The notes beneath the pieces are model-generated. The model was not told where the DNA came from. It made no database searches and worked only from the letters and a program-made list of their open reading frames with translations. The position numbers and the translations under genes are program-made. A DNA stretch of 64,000 nt, taken from positions 25,606,001 to 25,670,000 of the forward strand of contig NC_073398.1 of assembly GCF_028641065.1 (NCBI RefSeq). The letters are read 5' to 3'. The stretch comes from Leucoraja erinacea (Eukaryota). This document shows positions 48,251 through 60,958 of this stretch, one piece after another; position 1 is the stretch's first letter, and the number at the start of each line of letters is the position of its first letter.

Positions 48251-49934
48251 AGACGACCGATTCCTTGGAACATGAGGTGACTCAGCTTCACCTTGAAAAA
48301 CGTGGCTTAGTCAATGTATCGTGTGCTGAAAATTGGTTTTATTATCCTGCCTTACGTTGGTGTTACCAGTTTTTCCCTCAAAAACTGACATGGTTAGATG
48401 CTGAGGTAAGTCTCTGAAACCAGTGGTTGCTCTGGGTAGCCTGGGGAACATTGCTCTCTGCTGGTTCATTTCCATAAACTCACAATACAGGCTCTCGTTG
48501 AATTGCCTGCGATGAGTCCTTGTGTTCCAGGGTGCGCTTCACTGCAGCCGTGGGCTCCGGGTTCTATCGCTCGGCCCTGTGGGTGAAATATTGGGGATTT
48601 AGGGGAAACTCCACATCCAGGAGTTAACACAGAGCTGGGGTTGACATCAGAGAGATTAAAGAACAAGTACTCTGATTCAAAAATACAAAGTTGCCATTTT
48701 CCAATATCATTTCTGATTATTACTTGGAGGCATGTGAGGATGAAACATATTAATTCAGATAAAATATTTTGATATTAATTTATTTTAAAGAGGTTCTGTT
48801 ATAACCAAGAAAATTTCGGACATCTGGCTACTGTGATCTCGAGCGATCACAACACATTCATTTACAACGTGATTGGTGCAATTATCAAAGCGAGACCATA
48901 TGCTTGGATTGGACTAAACGACAGATGCCAGGTATAGTGAACAATATGGCCAAACCAGCCAACATTTCCCTTCATTCTGCATGATCCTCTCTGCAGTCGG
49001 GTTACAGTTAATCCCTCTCCTGAAACTGAATTATTTTTGTTCCCAAATGTGAAAATGGATCAAGGCTGGTGTGCAGAGCGATGTCACAGCGCAGCTGTGA
49101 AGGAATCTGCCAATGAGAATTTAGTGATTTGGGGATATGAAATTTAAATAAATCACATGAGTTCTATAAAGCTGAAAAGAAGAAAGTTAAGGCCAATCCT
49201 TACAATTAAATTATCAGTGTTTTTTTGTAACTGATACTTAATGGAACTTATCCAATTAAAACCTTGAAGATACTTGGCCAAAACAATGATAGCATTGCAG
49301 ACTCTGTTCCAGGATTTAGTTCCATAATTTCATACAACAGAGAAGTCCGTTCAGCCTATCGTGTCCACACCAGCTCGCAGTACAATCCCATCAATCCCAT
49401 CCATTCAGTCATTTCATTGTAACCTACTTCCCCTCATATAAACCCAAGCACTTGCTGGAAAACCGCATGTCACAGGGAGAACGAGCAAACTCATACGGAT
49501 AACACTGAACATCTCTGTCCTTCACTGGGAGACCCTACTTTGTATTTGTGTTCAATGTTCATCTTTTCCCTCATTTTCACAGTTACCATTACTACTCTAC
49601 TCTGACCTTTACTCTCAGATCCTGTCACTTTCATCCCAAGGATTCTGTTACTTCCATGATATTCCCCCACCCTGCCAGTCCATAGTTTAAACTCCCATCC
49701 ATTGCCCTACTTGTCCTGGCTGCTTGTATTCTGCTCTCACTCCAGCTCAGGTACAGCTCCTCCCTGTACTGTTATGTGGCAGCTTACTCAGCATTTCAAC
49801 AGCAATGACCAGTGATTTATACCCACAGGAATGCAATTTCGAATGGGTCGATGGAACTATCCTGTGTTACCGACAATGGGGTGCTGATCAACCTGACAAT
49901 TATCGAAACAACGAAGATTGTGGGCACATTCAAC
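48251..49934 (+). pseudogene. Partial C-type lectin C: open exons 2-4 only, join(48251..48405,48791..48931,49829..49934); QPD motif; exons 1 and 5 not found
   Basis: ...HLEKRGLVNVSCAENWFYYPALRWCYQFFPQKLTWLDAE/RFCYNQENFGHLATV...AWIGLNDRCQ/ECNFEWVDGTILCYRQWGADQPDNYRNNEDCGHIQ. Splice sites retained. Confidence 0.8.
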
Positions 49935-50179
49935 GTAATTGCAATACTGACAGAAATGTTATTTTGTTGGAAGTTACTTTGTGACATAATATTGAACAGG
50001 AGGTTACCTCAACAGACCTGCTGTTACACAGAGGGAGTGAACTAACCCCATGGGTCCTGTGCTCTGCAGAACTGGACTGACTGCCCAGCAGTTGGAGGAT
50101 ATATGGGATGTAATGCAGGAGTCAGGGGAACAGACACCGAGTGTAACTGTGCAGGAGGAATGTACAAGGGGGTAACACT

Positions 50180-50472
50180 GTAGTACAGCAAATGCAGCGA
50201 CGGAATCCCATATTCAACCCCGATTACTGGTGCTGACTGTACGGAGTTTGTTCGTTCTCCCCGTGACCTGCATGGGTTTTCTCCGAGATCTTCAGTTTAC
50301 TCCCACATTCCAAGGACGTACAGGTTTGTAGGTTAATTGGCTTGGTAAATATAAACAAATTGTCCCTAGTGGGTGTAGGATAGTGTAATATGCAGGGATC
50401 GCTGGTCGGCACAGACCCAGTGGGCCGAAGGGCCTGTTTCTGCATTGTATCTCTAAACTAAACTAAACTAAA
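50180..50472 (+). mobile_element. HE1/V-SINE-like SINE
   Basis: ctgtacggagtttg..cgttctccccgtgacctg...ctcccaca core and (ctaaa)n tail. Inserted at acactggagttagag of the paralogous intron. Confidence 0.85.
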
Positions 50473-51883
50473 GTACTGGAGTTAGAGGAAGGTACAGTGT
50501 GACAGGGCACATAAATAAATAACTGAACAGGCTGGAAAGTGAAAGGAATATCCAAAGATTCATTTCAAAATGAATTAAAGACAGAAACATTATGCTCAAC
50601 CTCTATATATTCTGGTTAGAGTGGACATGCTGTACTGTGAACCGTTCCATGTCACTGCTCGATACAAGGCCGAGATGCAGTGGAGCAGTGAACTGATCAC
50701 AAAACAGAGCGGCAGAGAAGCTCCAACGGGCTGAGGCTTAGAAATATAGAAAATAGGTGCAGGAGGAGGCCATTCGGCCCTTCGAGCCAGCACCGCCATT
50801 CATTGTGATCATGGCTGATCGTCCACAATCAATAACCCGTGTCTGCCTTCTCCCCATATCCCTTGATTCCACCAGCCCATAGAGCTCTATCTAACTCTCT
50901 AATAAATCCATCCAGTGATTTTGCCTCCACTGCCCTCTGTGGCAGAAAATTCCACAAATTCACAACTCTCTGGGTGAAAAAGTTGTTTCTCACAGTCTTA
51001 AATGGCCTCCCCTTAATTCTAAGACTGTGGCCCATGGTTCTGTACTCGCCCAACATTGGGAACATTTTTCCTGCATCTAGCTTGTCCAGTCCTTTTATAA
51101 TTTTATATGTTTCTATAAGATTCCCTCTCATCCATCTAAACTACAAGCCTAATCTTTTCAATCTTTCCTCATATGACAGTCCCGCCATCCCAGGGATCAA
51201 TCTCGTGAACCTACGCCGCACTGCCTCAATCACAAGGATGCCCTTCCTCAAATTAGGAGACCAAAACTGTCCACAATACTCCAGATGTGGTCTTACCAGA
51301 GCCCTATACAACTGCAGAAGAACCTCTTTACTCCTATACTGAAATCCTCTTCTTATGAAGGCCAACATTCCATTAGCTTTCTTCACTGCCTGCTGTACCT
51401 GCACTCCAACTTTCAGTGACTGGTGTACAGGGACACCCAGGTCTCTCTGTGCCTCCCCCTTACATAACGTAACCCCATTGAAATATTAAACTGCCCTTGT
51501 TTTTGCTGTCAAAGTGGATAACCTCACATTTATCTATATTATACTACATCTGCCACACATCTGCGAACTCACTCAACCTGTCCAGGTCACCCTGCAACCT
51601 CCTAACATCCTCTTCACAGTTCACACTACCACCCAGCTTTATGTCATCCGCAAACTTGCTAGTGTTGCTCCTAATTCCCTCTTCCAAAACATTAACATAG
51701 AAACATAGAAATTAGGTGCAGGAGTAGGCCATTCGGCCCTTCGAGCCTGCACCGCCATTCAATATGATCATGGCTGATCATCCAACTCAGTATCCCGTAC
51801 CTGCCTTCTCTCCATACCCCCTGATCCCCTTAGCCACAAGGGCCACATCTAACTCCCTCTTAAATATAGCCAATGAACTGGCC

Positions 51884-54877
51884 TCAACTACCCTCTGTGG
51901 CAGAGAGTTCCAGAGATTCACCACTCTGCGTGAAAAAAGTTCTTCTCATCTCGGTTTTAAAGGATTTCCCCTTTATCCTTAAGCTGTGACCCCTTGTCCT
52001 GGACTTCCCCAACATCGGGAACAATCTTCCTGCATCTAGCCTGTCCAACCCCTTAAGAATTTTGTAAGTTTCTATAAGATCCCCTCTCAATCTTCTAAAT
52101 TCTAGAGAGCATAAACCAAGTCTATCCAGTCTTTCTTCATAAGACAGTCCTGACATCCCAGGAATCAGCCTGGTGAACCGTCTCTGCACTCCCTCTATGG
52201 CAATAATGTCCTTCCTCAGATTTGGAGACCAAAACTGTACGCAATACTCCAGGTGTGGTCTCACCAAGACCCTGTACAACTGCAGTAGAACCTCTCTGCT
52301 CCTATACTCAAATCCTTTTGCAATGAAAGCTAACATACCATTCGCTTTCTTTACTGCCTGCTGCACCTGCATGCCTACCTTCAATGACTGGTGTACCATG
52401 ACACCCAGGTCTCGCTGCATCTCCCCCTTTCCCAATCGGCCACCATTTAGATAATAGTCTGCTTTCCTGTTTTTGCCACCAAAATGGATAACCTCACATT
52501 TATCCACATTATACTGCATCTGCCAAACATTTGCCCACTCACCCAGCCTATCCAAGTCACCCTGCAGTCTCCTAGCATCCTCCTCACAGCTAACACTGCC
52601 CCCCAGCTTAGTGTCATCCGCAAACTTGGAGATATTGCCTTCAATTCCCTCATCCAGATCATTAATATATATTGTAAATAGCTGGGGTCCCAGTACTGAG
52701 CCTTGGGGTACCCCACTAGTCACTGCCTGCCATTGTGAAAAGGACCCGTTTACTCCTACTCTTTGCTTCCTGTTTGCCAGCCAGTTCTCTATCCACATCA
52801 ATACTGAACCCCCAATGCCTTGTGCTTTAAGTTTGTATACTAATCTCTTATGTGGGACCTTGTCGAAAGCCTTCTGGAAGTCCAGATACACCACATCCAC
52901 TGGTTCTCCCCTATCCACGCTACTAGTTACATCCTCGAAAAATTCTATAAGATTCGTCAGACATGATTTACCTTTCGTAAATCCATGCTGACTTTGGCCA
53001 ATGATTTCACCACTTTCCAAATGTGCTGCTATCCCATCTTTAATAACTGACTCTAGCAGTTTCCCCACTACCGATGTTAGACTAACTGGTCTGTAATTCC
53101 CCATTTTCTCTCTCCCTCCCTTCTTAAAAAGTGGGGTTACGTTTGCTACCCGCCAATCTTCAGGAACTACTCCAGAATCTAAAGAGTTTTGAAAGATTAT
53201 TACTAATGCATCCACTATTTCTGGAGCTACTTCCTTAAGTACTCTGGGATGCAGCCTATCTGGCCCTGGGGATTTATCGGCCTTTAATCCATTCAATTTA
53301 CCCAACACCACTTCCCGGCTAACCTGGATTTCACTCAATTCCTCCAACTCCTTTGACCCGCGGTCCCCTGCTATTTCCGGCAAATTATTTATGTCTTCCT
53401 TAGTGAAGACGGAACCAAAGTAGTTATTCAATTGGTCCGCCATATCCTTGTTCCCCATGATCAACTCACCTGTTTCTGACTGCAAGGGACCTACATTTGT
53501 TTTAACTAATCTCTTTCTTTTCACATATCTATAAAAACTTTTGCAGTCAGTTTTTATGTTCCCTGCCAGTTTTCTTTCATAATCTATTTTTCCTTTCCTA
53601 ATTAAGCCCTTTGTCCTCCTCTGCTGGTCTTTGAATTTCTCCCAGTCCTCCGGTATGCTGCTTTTTCTGGCTAATTTGTACGCATCATCCTTCGCTTTGA
53701 TACTATCCCTGATTTCCCTTGTTATCCATGGATGTACTACCTTCCCTGATTTATTCTTTTGCCAAACTGGGATGAACAATTTTTGTAGTTCATCCATGCA
53801 GTCTTTAAATGTCTTCCATTGCATATCCACCGTCAACTCTTTTAGAATTAATTGCCAGTCAATCTTGGCCAATTCACGTCTCATACCCTCAAAGTTACCT
53901 TTCTTTAAGTTCAGAACCATTGTTTCTGAATTAACAATGTCACTCTCCATCCTAATGAAGAACTCAACCATATTATGGTCACTCTTGCCCAAGGGGGCAC
54001 ATACAACAAGATTGCTAACTAACCCTTCCTCATTACTCAATACCCAGTCTAAAATAGCCTGCTCTCTCGTTGGTTCCTCTACATGTTGATTTAGATAACT
54101 ATCCCGCATACATTCCAAGAAATCCTCTTCCTCAGCACCCCTGCCAATTTGATTCACCCAATCTATATGTAGATTGAAGTCACCCATTATAACCGTTTTG
54201 CGTTTGTCGCACGCATTTCTAATTTCCTGTTTGATACCATCTCCAACTTCACTACTATTGTTAGGTGGCCTGTACACAACACCCACCAGCGTTTTCTGCC
54301 CCTTAGTGTTTTGCAGCTCTACCCATACCGATTCCACATCCTCCAAACTAATGTCCTTCCTTTCCATTGCATTAATCCCCTCTCTAATCAGTAACGCTAC
54401 CCCACCTCCTTTTCCTTTCTGCCTATCCCTCCTGAATATTGAATATCCCTGGATGTTCAGCTCCCAGCCTTGGTCACCCTGGAGCCATGTCTCCGTGATC
54501 CCAACTATATCATAGTCATTAATAGCTATCTGCACATTCAACTCATCCACCTTATTACGAATGCTCCTTGCATTGAGACACAAAGCCTTCAGGCTTGTTT
54601 TTACAACACTCTTACCCCTTATACAATTATGTTGAAAAGTGGCCCTTTTTGATTTTTGCCCTGGTTTTGTCTGCCTGCCACTTTTACTTTTCACCTTGCT
54701 ACCTATTTCTTCTACCCTCATTTTACACCCTTCGGTCTCTACGCTCACACATTTAAGAAACCCTTTCCCTTTAACTCCATCCTCCACTGTCCCATTCAAC
54801 ACCCCACCCCCCTTATTCAGTTTAAAGCCACCCGTGTAGCAGTGGCAAACCTGCCTGCCAGAATGCTGGTCCCACAC
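51884..54877 (-). CDS. CR1 ORF2 (APE endonuclease plus reverse transcriptase); true start uncertain; 2-nt deletion near the C-terminus
   Basis: NARS, GITETW, YRPP, GDFN, SDH, NYRPVSL, LDFQKAFD, GVPQGSVLGP, FADD. The canonical end (...EKAGTGY*) lies in another frame and stops at 51787. Confidence 0.95.
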   Translation of the reverse strand: MWDQHSGRQVCHCYTGGFKLNKGGGVLNGTVEDGVKGKGFLKCVSVETEGCKMRVEEIGSKVKSKSGRQTKPGQKSKRATFQHNCIRGKSVVKTSLKALCLNARSIRNKVDELNVQIAINDYDIVGITETWLQGDQGWELNIQGYSIFRRDRQKGKGGGVALLIREGINAMERKDISLEDVESVWVELQNTKGQKTLVGVVYRPPNNSSEVGDGIKQEIRNACDKRKTVIMGDFNLHIDWVNQIGRGAEEEDFLECMRDSYLNQHVEEPTREQAILDWVLSNEEGLVSNLVVCAPLGKSDHNMVEFFIRMESDIVNSETMVLNLKKGNFEGMRRELAKIDWQLILKELTVDMQWKTFKDCMDELQKLFIPVWQKNKSGKVVHPWITREIRDSIKAKDDAYKLARKSSIPEDWEKFKDQQRRTKGLIRKGKIDYERKLAGNIKTDCKSFYRYVKRKRLVKTNVGPLQSETGELIMGNKDMADQLNNYFGSVFTKEDINNLPEIAGDRGSKELEELSEIQVSREVVLGKLNGLKADKSPGPDRLHPRVLKEVAPEIVDALVIIFQNSLDSGVVPEDWRVANVTPLFKKGGREKMGNYRPVSLTSVVGKLLESVIKDGIAAHLESGEIIGQSQHGFTKGKSCLTNLIEFFEDVTSSVDRGEPVDVVYLDFQKAFDKVPHKRLVYKLKAQGIGGSVLMWIENWLANRKQRVGVNGSFSQWQAVTSGVPQGSVLGPQLFTIYINDLDEGIEGNISKFADDTKLGGSVSCEEDARRLQGDLDRLGEWANVWQMQYNVDKCEVIHFGGKNRKADYYLNGGRLGKGEMQRDLGVMVHQSLKVGMQVQQAVKKANGMLAFIAKGFEYRSREVLLQLYRVLVRPHLEYCVQFWSPNLRKDIIAIEGVQRRFTRLIPGMSGLSYEERLDRLGLCSLEFRRLRGDLIETYKILKGLDRLDAGRLFPMLGKSRTRGHSLRIKGKSFKTEMRRTFFTQSGESLELSATEGS

Positions 54878-55734
54878 CTGTTAAGATGCAATCCGTCCCT
54901 TTTGTACAGTTCCCCCTTACCCCAAAACAGATCCCAGTGATCTAAGAATCTAAATCCCTGCCCCGTGCACCAGTTCCTCAGCCACACGTTCAGGTCCCGT
55001 ATCTCCCTGTTCCTGCTCTCGCCAGCACGGGGAACTGGAAGCAAACCGGAGATAACAACCCTGGAGGTCCTGCTTTTCAGCATTTTTCCGAGCTCTCTAA
55101 AGTCACGCTGCAGAATATTCATCCCCTTTTTTCCGACATCGTTTGTGCCGACATGCACTACCACTTCCGGATGTTCACCTTCGCCCTTGAGGATTTTCTG
55201 CACTCTGTCCGTGACATCCTGGATCCTGGCACCGGGAAGGCAGCACACCATCCTCGCATCCCGTCTGTTGCCGCAGAAACCCCTGTCCGTACCTCTCACG
55301 ATGGAGTCTCCCACTACAATGGCCTTGCCTGCCTTAGGCCTTTTTGGTTTTGGCTCAACAGCCCTATTCGCATCACAGGCCAGTCCGCCGCTCACGTCTT
55401 CTGTCCCAACAACTTCTAAGCGGATGAACCTGTTTACAAGAGGTACATCACCCGGGGACGTTGGCATTCCATGCTTCCCTCCCTTTCTCACTGTCTCCCA
55501 CCTTCTCTCTTCCAGTACCTTAGGTGTAACAATCGTACTATAGGACTTGTCGAGGAACGACTCCGTTTCTCGTACGAACCGGAGGTCATCCACTTGCTTC
55601 TCCAGTTCTCCAACACGGCCCTTCAGGAGCTCTACCTGGATGCACTTTTCACATTTGTAGCAGCCAGAGGCACCAGCGGTGTCCTTGACCTCCCACATAC
55701 TGCAAGCATCACACTGAATCAGCTTGCCTGACAT
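54817..55734 (-). CDS. CR1 ORF1 (zinc finger, coiled coil, SGNH esterase-like domain)
   Basis: CxxC..W...CxxC; VVGDSIVR, CLPGA, VHVGTND, DGLHLN. Confidence 0.95.
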   Translation of the reverse strand: MSGKLIQCDACSMWEVKDTAGASGCYKCEKCIQVELLKGRVGELEKQVDDLRFVRETESFLDKSYSTIVTPKVLEERRWETVRKGGKHGMPTSPGDVPLVNRFIRLEVVGTEDVSGGLACDANRAVEPKPKRPKAGKAIVVGDSIVRGTDRGFCGNRRDARMVCCLPGARIQDVTDRVQKILKGEGEHPEVVVHVGTNDVGKKGMNILQRDFRELGKMLKSRTSRVVISGLLPVPRAGESRNREIRDLNVWLRNWCTGQGFRFLDHWDLFWGKGELYKRDGLHLNRCGTSILAGRFATATRVALN

Positions 55735-56318
55735 CTCCTTCTTTGGTCTCTACCTCTCAAGCGTATTGCGTGGTCTCCTCTCCTCAGCCTCCTCTCCAAA
55801 GACTCTCGAGCCAAAGACTCACACTTTTCTCACAGGGCACTTCGCTCACTCACTGCCGCTCGCAAAGAGCTGTCCTGCTTAAATTGACTGATAAATTGCC
55901 TGATTTATCAATTTACAGAGCAAATTCCTCAGTTTTCAACTGTTTCCACCCCTCTCCTCCCACTTGGGCTAGAGCCAATCAGTCGTATCTCTTGCTAATC
56001 TGTTGCTGCTGTTGTTCCTCCCAAATCTACAGCAGTTAATATATATGATAAACAGTTGCGGCCCCAACACCGAGCCTTGCGGCACTTCACTCGCCATTCT
56101 GAAAAGGACCCGTTCACTCCTACACTTTGCTTCCTGTCTGCCAACCAATTTTCTATCCACGTCAACACCCTACCCCCAATAACATGTGCTCTGATTTTAG
56201 TCACCACTCTCCCGTGCAGGACCTTAACAAAGGCTTTCTGAAAGTTTAGATACACTACATCCACTGGCTCCCCTTCATCCATTTTACTTGTCACATCCTC
56301 AGAAAATTCCAGAAGATT

Positions 56319-57647
56319 ATAACCACATAACCATATAACAATTACAGCACGGAAACAGGCCATCTCGACCCTTCTAGTCCGTGCCGAACACATATTCTCC
56401 CCTAGTCCCATATACCTGTTCTCAGACCATAACCTTCCATTCCCTTCCCGTCCATATAACTATCCAATTTATTTTTAAATGATAAAAAAAAAACCTGCCT
56501 CCACCACCTTCACTGGAAGCTAATTCCACACAGCCACCACTCTCCGAGTAAAGAAGTTCCCCCTCATGTTACCCCTAAACTTCAGTCCCTTAATTCTCAA
56601 GTCATGTCCCCTTGTTTGAATCTTCCCTACTAGTGGGAAAAGCTTTTCCACGTCAACTCTGTCTATCCCTCTCATCATTTTAAAAACCTCTATCAAGTCC
56701 CCCCTTAACCTTCTGCGCTCCAAAGAATAAAGCCCTAACTTGTTCAACCTTTCTCTGTAACTTAGTTGCTGAAACCCAGGCAACATTATAAATCTCCTCT
56801 GTACTCTCTCTATTTTGTTGACACCCTTCCTATAATTAGGCAACCAAAATTGTACACCATACTCCAGAATTGGCCTCACCAATGCCTTGTACAATTTTAA
56901 CATTACATCCCAACTTCTACACTCAATGCTCTGATTTATAAAGGCCAGCACACCAAAAGCTTTCTTTACCACCCTATCTACATGAGATTCCACTTTCAGG
57001 GAACTGTGCACAGTTATTCCCAGATCCCTCTGTTCACCTACATTCTTCACTTCCCTACCATTTACCATGTACGTCCTATTTTGATTTGTCCTGCCAAGAT
57101 GTAGCACCTCACACTTATCAGTATTAAACTCCATCTGCCATCTTTCAGCCCACTCTCCCAACTGGCACAAATCTCTCTGTAGACTTTGAAACTCTACTTC
57201 ATTACCCACAACCCCACCTATCTTAGTATCATCTGCATACTTACTAATCCAATTTACCACACCATCATCCAGATCATTGATGTACATGACAAACAACAGT
57301 GGACCCAACACAGATCCCTGTGGCACCCCACTCGTCACTGGCCTCCAACCTGACAAACAACCATCCACCATTACTCTCTGACATCTCCCATTCAGCCACT
57401 GTTGAATCCATCTTGCTACTCCACCATTAATACCCAACCATTGAACCTTCTTAACCAACCTTCCATGAGGAACCTTGTCAAAGGCCTTACTGAAGTCCAT
57501 ATACACAACATCCACTGCTTTACCCTCATCAATTTCCCGAGTAACATCTTCAAAAATTCAAGAAGATTAGTCAAACATGACCTTCCAGGCACAAATCCAT
57601 GTTGACTGTTCCTAATCAGACCCTGTTTATCCAGATGCTTATATATT
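56319..57647 (-). mobile_element. 5'-truncated CR1 of another subfamily
   Basis: ORF 56520..57515 (YMDFSKAFD, YADD) with a distinct (accatata)-type tail. Confidence 0.9.
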
Positions 57648-59125
57648 AGTCAAGCATGGTTTTCCTTTCATAAATCCATGCTGACTTGGACTAATCCATT
57701 TACTGCTACCCAAATGCCCCATTATTACCCCTTTAATAATTGACTCCAGCATCTTTCCCACCACCAAAGTCAGGCTAACTGGTCTGTAATTCCCTGTTTT
57801 CTCACTCGCCCCTTTCTTGAAAAGTGGGATAACATTAGCTATCCTCCAATCCAGGGGAACTGATCCTGAATCTAATGATCTCCAATGCATCCACTATTCT
57901 CAGAGCCACCTCCCTGAGGACCCTGGGACGCAGGCCATCAGGCCCAGGGGATTTATCATCCTTCAGTCCCATTAGCATACCTAATACCATTTCCCGCCTA
58001 ATGAAAATTTCTCAGTTCCTCGACCCCCTTAAATCCTCTGTCCTCCAGTACTTCTGGGAGATTGTTTGTGTCTTCCTTAATGAAGACAGATCCGAAGTAC
58101 CTGTTCAACTCTTCTGCCATTTCCTTGTTCCCCATAATAACTTCACCCGTGTCTGCCTTCAAGAGACCCACATTTGATTTAATATTTGACTCTTTTTCCC
58201 TTAACATATCTAAAGCTTTTACTGTCCTTCTTTATATTCCTGGCCAGCTTCCCCTCGTCCTTCATCTTTTCAGCCCGTATTGCCCATTTTGTTTCCTTCT
58301 GTTGGTCTATGAAAGTTTCCCAATCCTCTGGCTTCCGGCTACTCTTTGCTGTGTTATACATCTTTTCTTTTAGTTTATTCTATCCCTAACTTCTCTTGTC
58401 AGCCACAGTTGCCTCCTACTCCCCTTAGAATCTTTCTTCCTATTTGGAATGAAATGATCCTGCGTCTTCCGGATTATTGCCAGAAATTACTGCCATTGCT
58501 GTTCCACTGTCATTTCTGCTAGGATCCCTTTCCAGTCTAACTTGGCCATCTCCTCCCTCATCCCTTCATAGTCCCCTTTGTTCAACTGCATCACTGACAC
58601 TTCCGATTTAACCTTCTCCTTCTCAAATTGCAGATTAAAACTAATCATATTATGAATACTACCTCCAAGCGGTTCCTTTATCTTGAGTTCTCTTAACAAA
58701 TCTGGTTCATTGGACAACACTAAATCCAGAATTGCCTTTTCTCTGGTCGGCTCCAATACAAGCTGCTCTAAGAATCCATCTCGGAGGCATTCTACAAACT
58801 CTCTTTCTTGGGGTCCTGAACCAACCTGATTTTCCCAGTCTACCTGCATTTTGAAATCCCCCATCACCACAGTGGCATTACCTTTGTTACATGCCAGTTT
58901 TAACTCCTGTTGCAACTTACACCTTACATCCGGGCTACTATTTGGGGGTCTGGAGATAAGACTGTCTTCTTGCCTTTACAATTCATCAACTCAATCCACA
59001 GTGAATCTACCTCGCCAGTCCCTATATCTTCCCTCGCAAGGGACTGAATTCCATCCCTCACCAGCAGAGCTATCCCCCTTCCTCTGCCCACCTGCCTGTC
59101 CTTTCTATAGGATGTATAACCCTGA

Positions 59126-59765
59126 ATGCGGCGACCTGGCCTCAGAGCGGGGACAGCGGCAACGGCCGCCCGGCATCAGAGCTTGGACGGCGGCAGCGGT
59201 AGCGACAGTGGCGGCCTGGCCTCGGAGCTGGGTCGGCGACCTGGCCTCAGAGCGGGGAGAGCGGCAGCGGCCGCCCGGCATCAGAGCTGCGGCGAGGGCG
59301 GGCGGCGGTGGCTGCTTGGGCGGCGGCGGCGGCTGGAGCTGGGGCGGCGGGTGGGGCAGCGGCGGCAGCGGCTGGGGCTGGGGAAGCTGGGGCTGGGTGG
59401 CTGGGGCTGGGTGGCTGGGGCTGGGGCGGCGGCTGGGGCTGGGACAGTGGCCGCGGCCGCCCGGCATCAGAGCTGGGACGGCGTCAGCAGCAGCGACAGC
59501 GGCAGCCTGGCCTCGGAGCTGGTACGGCGCAGCGGCCGCCCGGCATCATGACCTGCGTGGGATTTCTTCAAGATCTTCGGTTTACCTCCCATACGCCAAA
59601 GACGTGCAGGTACGTAGGTTAATTGGCTTGGTGTAAATGTAAAAATTGTCCCTAGTGTGTGTAGGATAATGTTAATGTGTGGGAATTGCTGTTCGACACG
59701 GACCTGGTGGGACAAAGGGCCTGTTTCCGCGCTTCATCTCTCAACTAAAAATCTAAACTAAACAA
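59126..59765 (+). mobile_element. GC-rich repeat tract fused to a V-SINE 3' half
   Basis: Four cggccgcccggcatc units and a gggctg array run directly into tgacctgcgtggg...ctcccat...ctaaa tail. Confidence 0.65.
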
Positions 59766-60743
59766 CTTGGGTTTAAGAGAGAAAAAACAATACAACTGCT
59801 TTCAGAAGAGTGCTACACAAAAACTGATGCAAATTACCTATCTATCAACAATCTGTCTTGATCTATCTTGGTTTTATCATACCAGTTCGGCTTCTGAAGT
59901 GTGCTATTGTTTTCATTTAATTTCTACAATGGAACAATGTTGTAACGATAGCTAAAGCAAATACGCTGGGAAAACTTTACATTAAACAAATGCCCAAGGG
60001 TCACTCTCCCTCTCCCATGCCCTCCTCCCAACATTCTCTATGATCAACAACATATTCAGTTTCTGCCTCTTTCCAGTTCCAATGAATATTTACTCCAATG
60101 TAAACTATGTCTTTCCACTGGTGATGTTGTGTGACCTGCTGTGAATTTCCCCAAAATCTATTTCTGCACTCCAGCATCTGCAACAGTTTCTCCCATGGAC
60201 AGGGCAACATTGCTCATTTTCCTAATTAACCTCTGCAGGTGTAAAAACAAGCTGCTGGAGGTACTCAGTGGGTCAGGCAGCATCTATGCAGGCAAACGTA
60301 TAATCGACTTTTCAGGTCTTTAAACCTGCATCAACACCCCTGGACATTGCTAAAGTCTTCCTCTGGTCAGCATTATGATTGCTTCAGTCTTTAGTGCTGA
60401 TAAAACCACTGGTGCCATCCAGAGGACAAACACAGGACCAGTTCCCTTCACCTTCAAACCGGCATCTTCACCCCTCCAATCAAATACCATTCCTTGACCC
60501 TCCCTGCAAACTATCCTGTGTTATACGATAAGTTTGCCCACACAGTCTGTGACCCATAGCGCTGTGGCCATAGGGCTATGTTTAAAGTTCATAGCGCTGT
60601 GGCTGTTAGTGCTATATTTAGAACCCACAGGTGAGAGATCTTTGTTTAAATCCCCACAAGCCAAGCGGACACCGCTCTGTTTAAACCTTTGCGCGTCAAT
60701 CCGGCAGTGCCCTGTGAATTACCTTTACGCACCAAGTCTGTAT

Positions 60744-60958
60744 CAAAGGTACTAGAGGAGCAAGATGCGCCACTCAGCGAAAAACGCGTAGTATGACGTG
60801 TGTGATTGTCAATGCCATTTTACTGGACTGCCCCCGCACTGTCATGGCGTCCACATCTATAGCTCAGTGTAAATTGCTCTAATCGCCGATGCTGACAACT
60901 CAACCTGTCTTTCTTCAGGTTCGGAGGAGTTGTCTATCTTGCTCCTCTAGGATCTTTG
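60744..60958. mobile_element. MITE with about 32-bp imperfect TIRs
   Basis: caaaggtactagaggagcaagatgcgccactc versus the reverse complement of gagttgtctatcttgctcctctaggatctttg. Confidence 0.7.

Larger units (their letters stand above)
51696..56035 (-). mobile_element. Near full-length young CR1 LINE
   Basis: 5' UTR, ORF1, ORF2, 3' UTR and (ttctatgt)n tail at 51696-51712. Confidence 0.95.
50738..59125 (-). mobile_element. Older CR1 LINE (50738-51695, 56036-56318, 57648-59125) hosting two younger CR1 insertions
   Basis: RT and EN motifs continue colinearly across both insertions; 3' tail at about 50738-50752. Confidence 0.85.

Noticed and set aside
58851-59636. 261-aa Gly/Trp-rich ORF and overlapping Pro-rich ORFs
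   Set aside because: Low-complexity repeat plus antisense CR1; stop codons are absent because of base composition.
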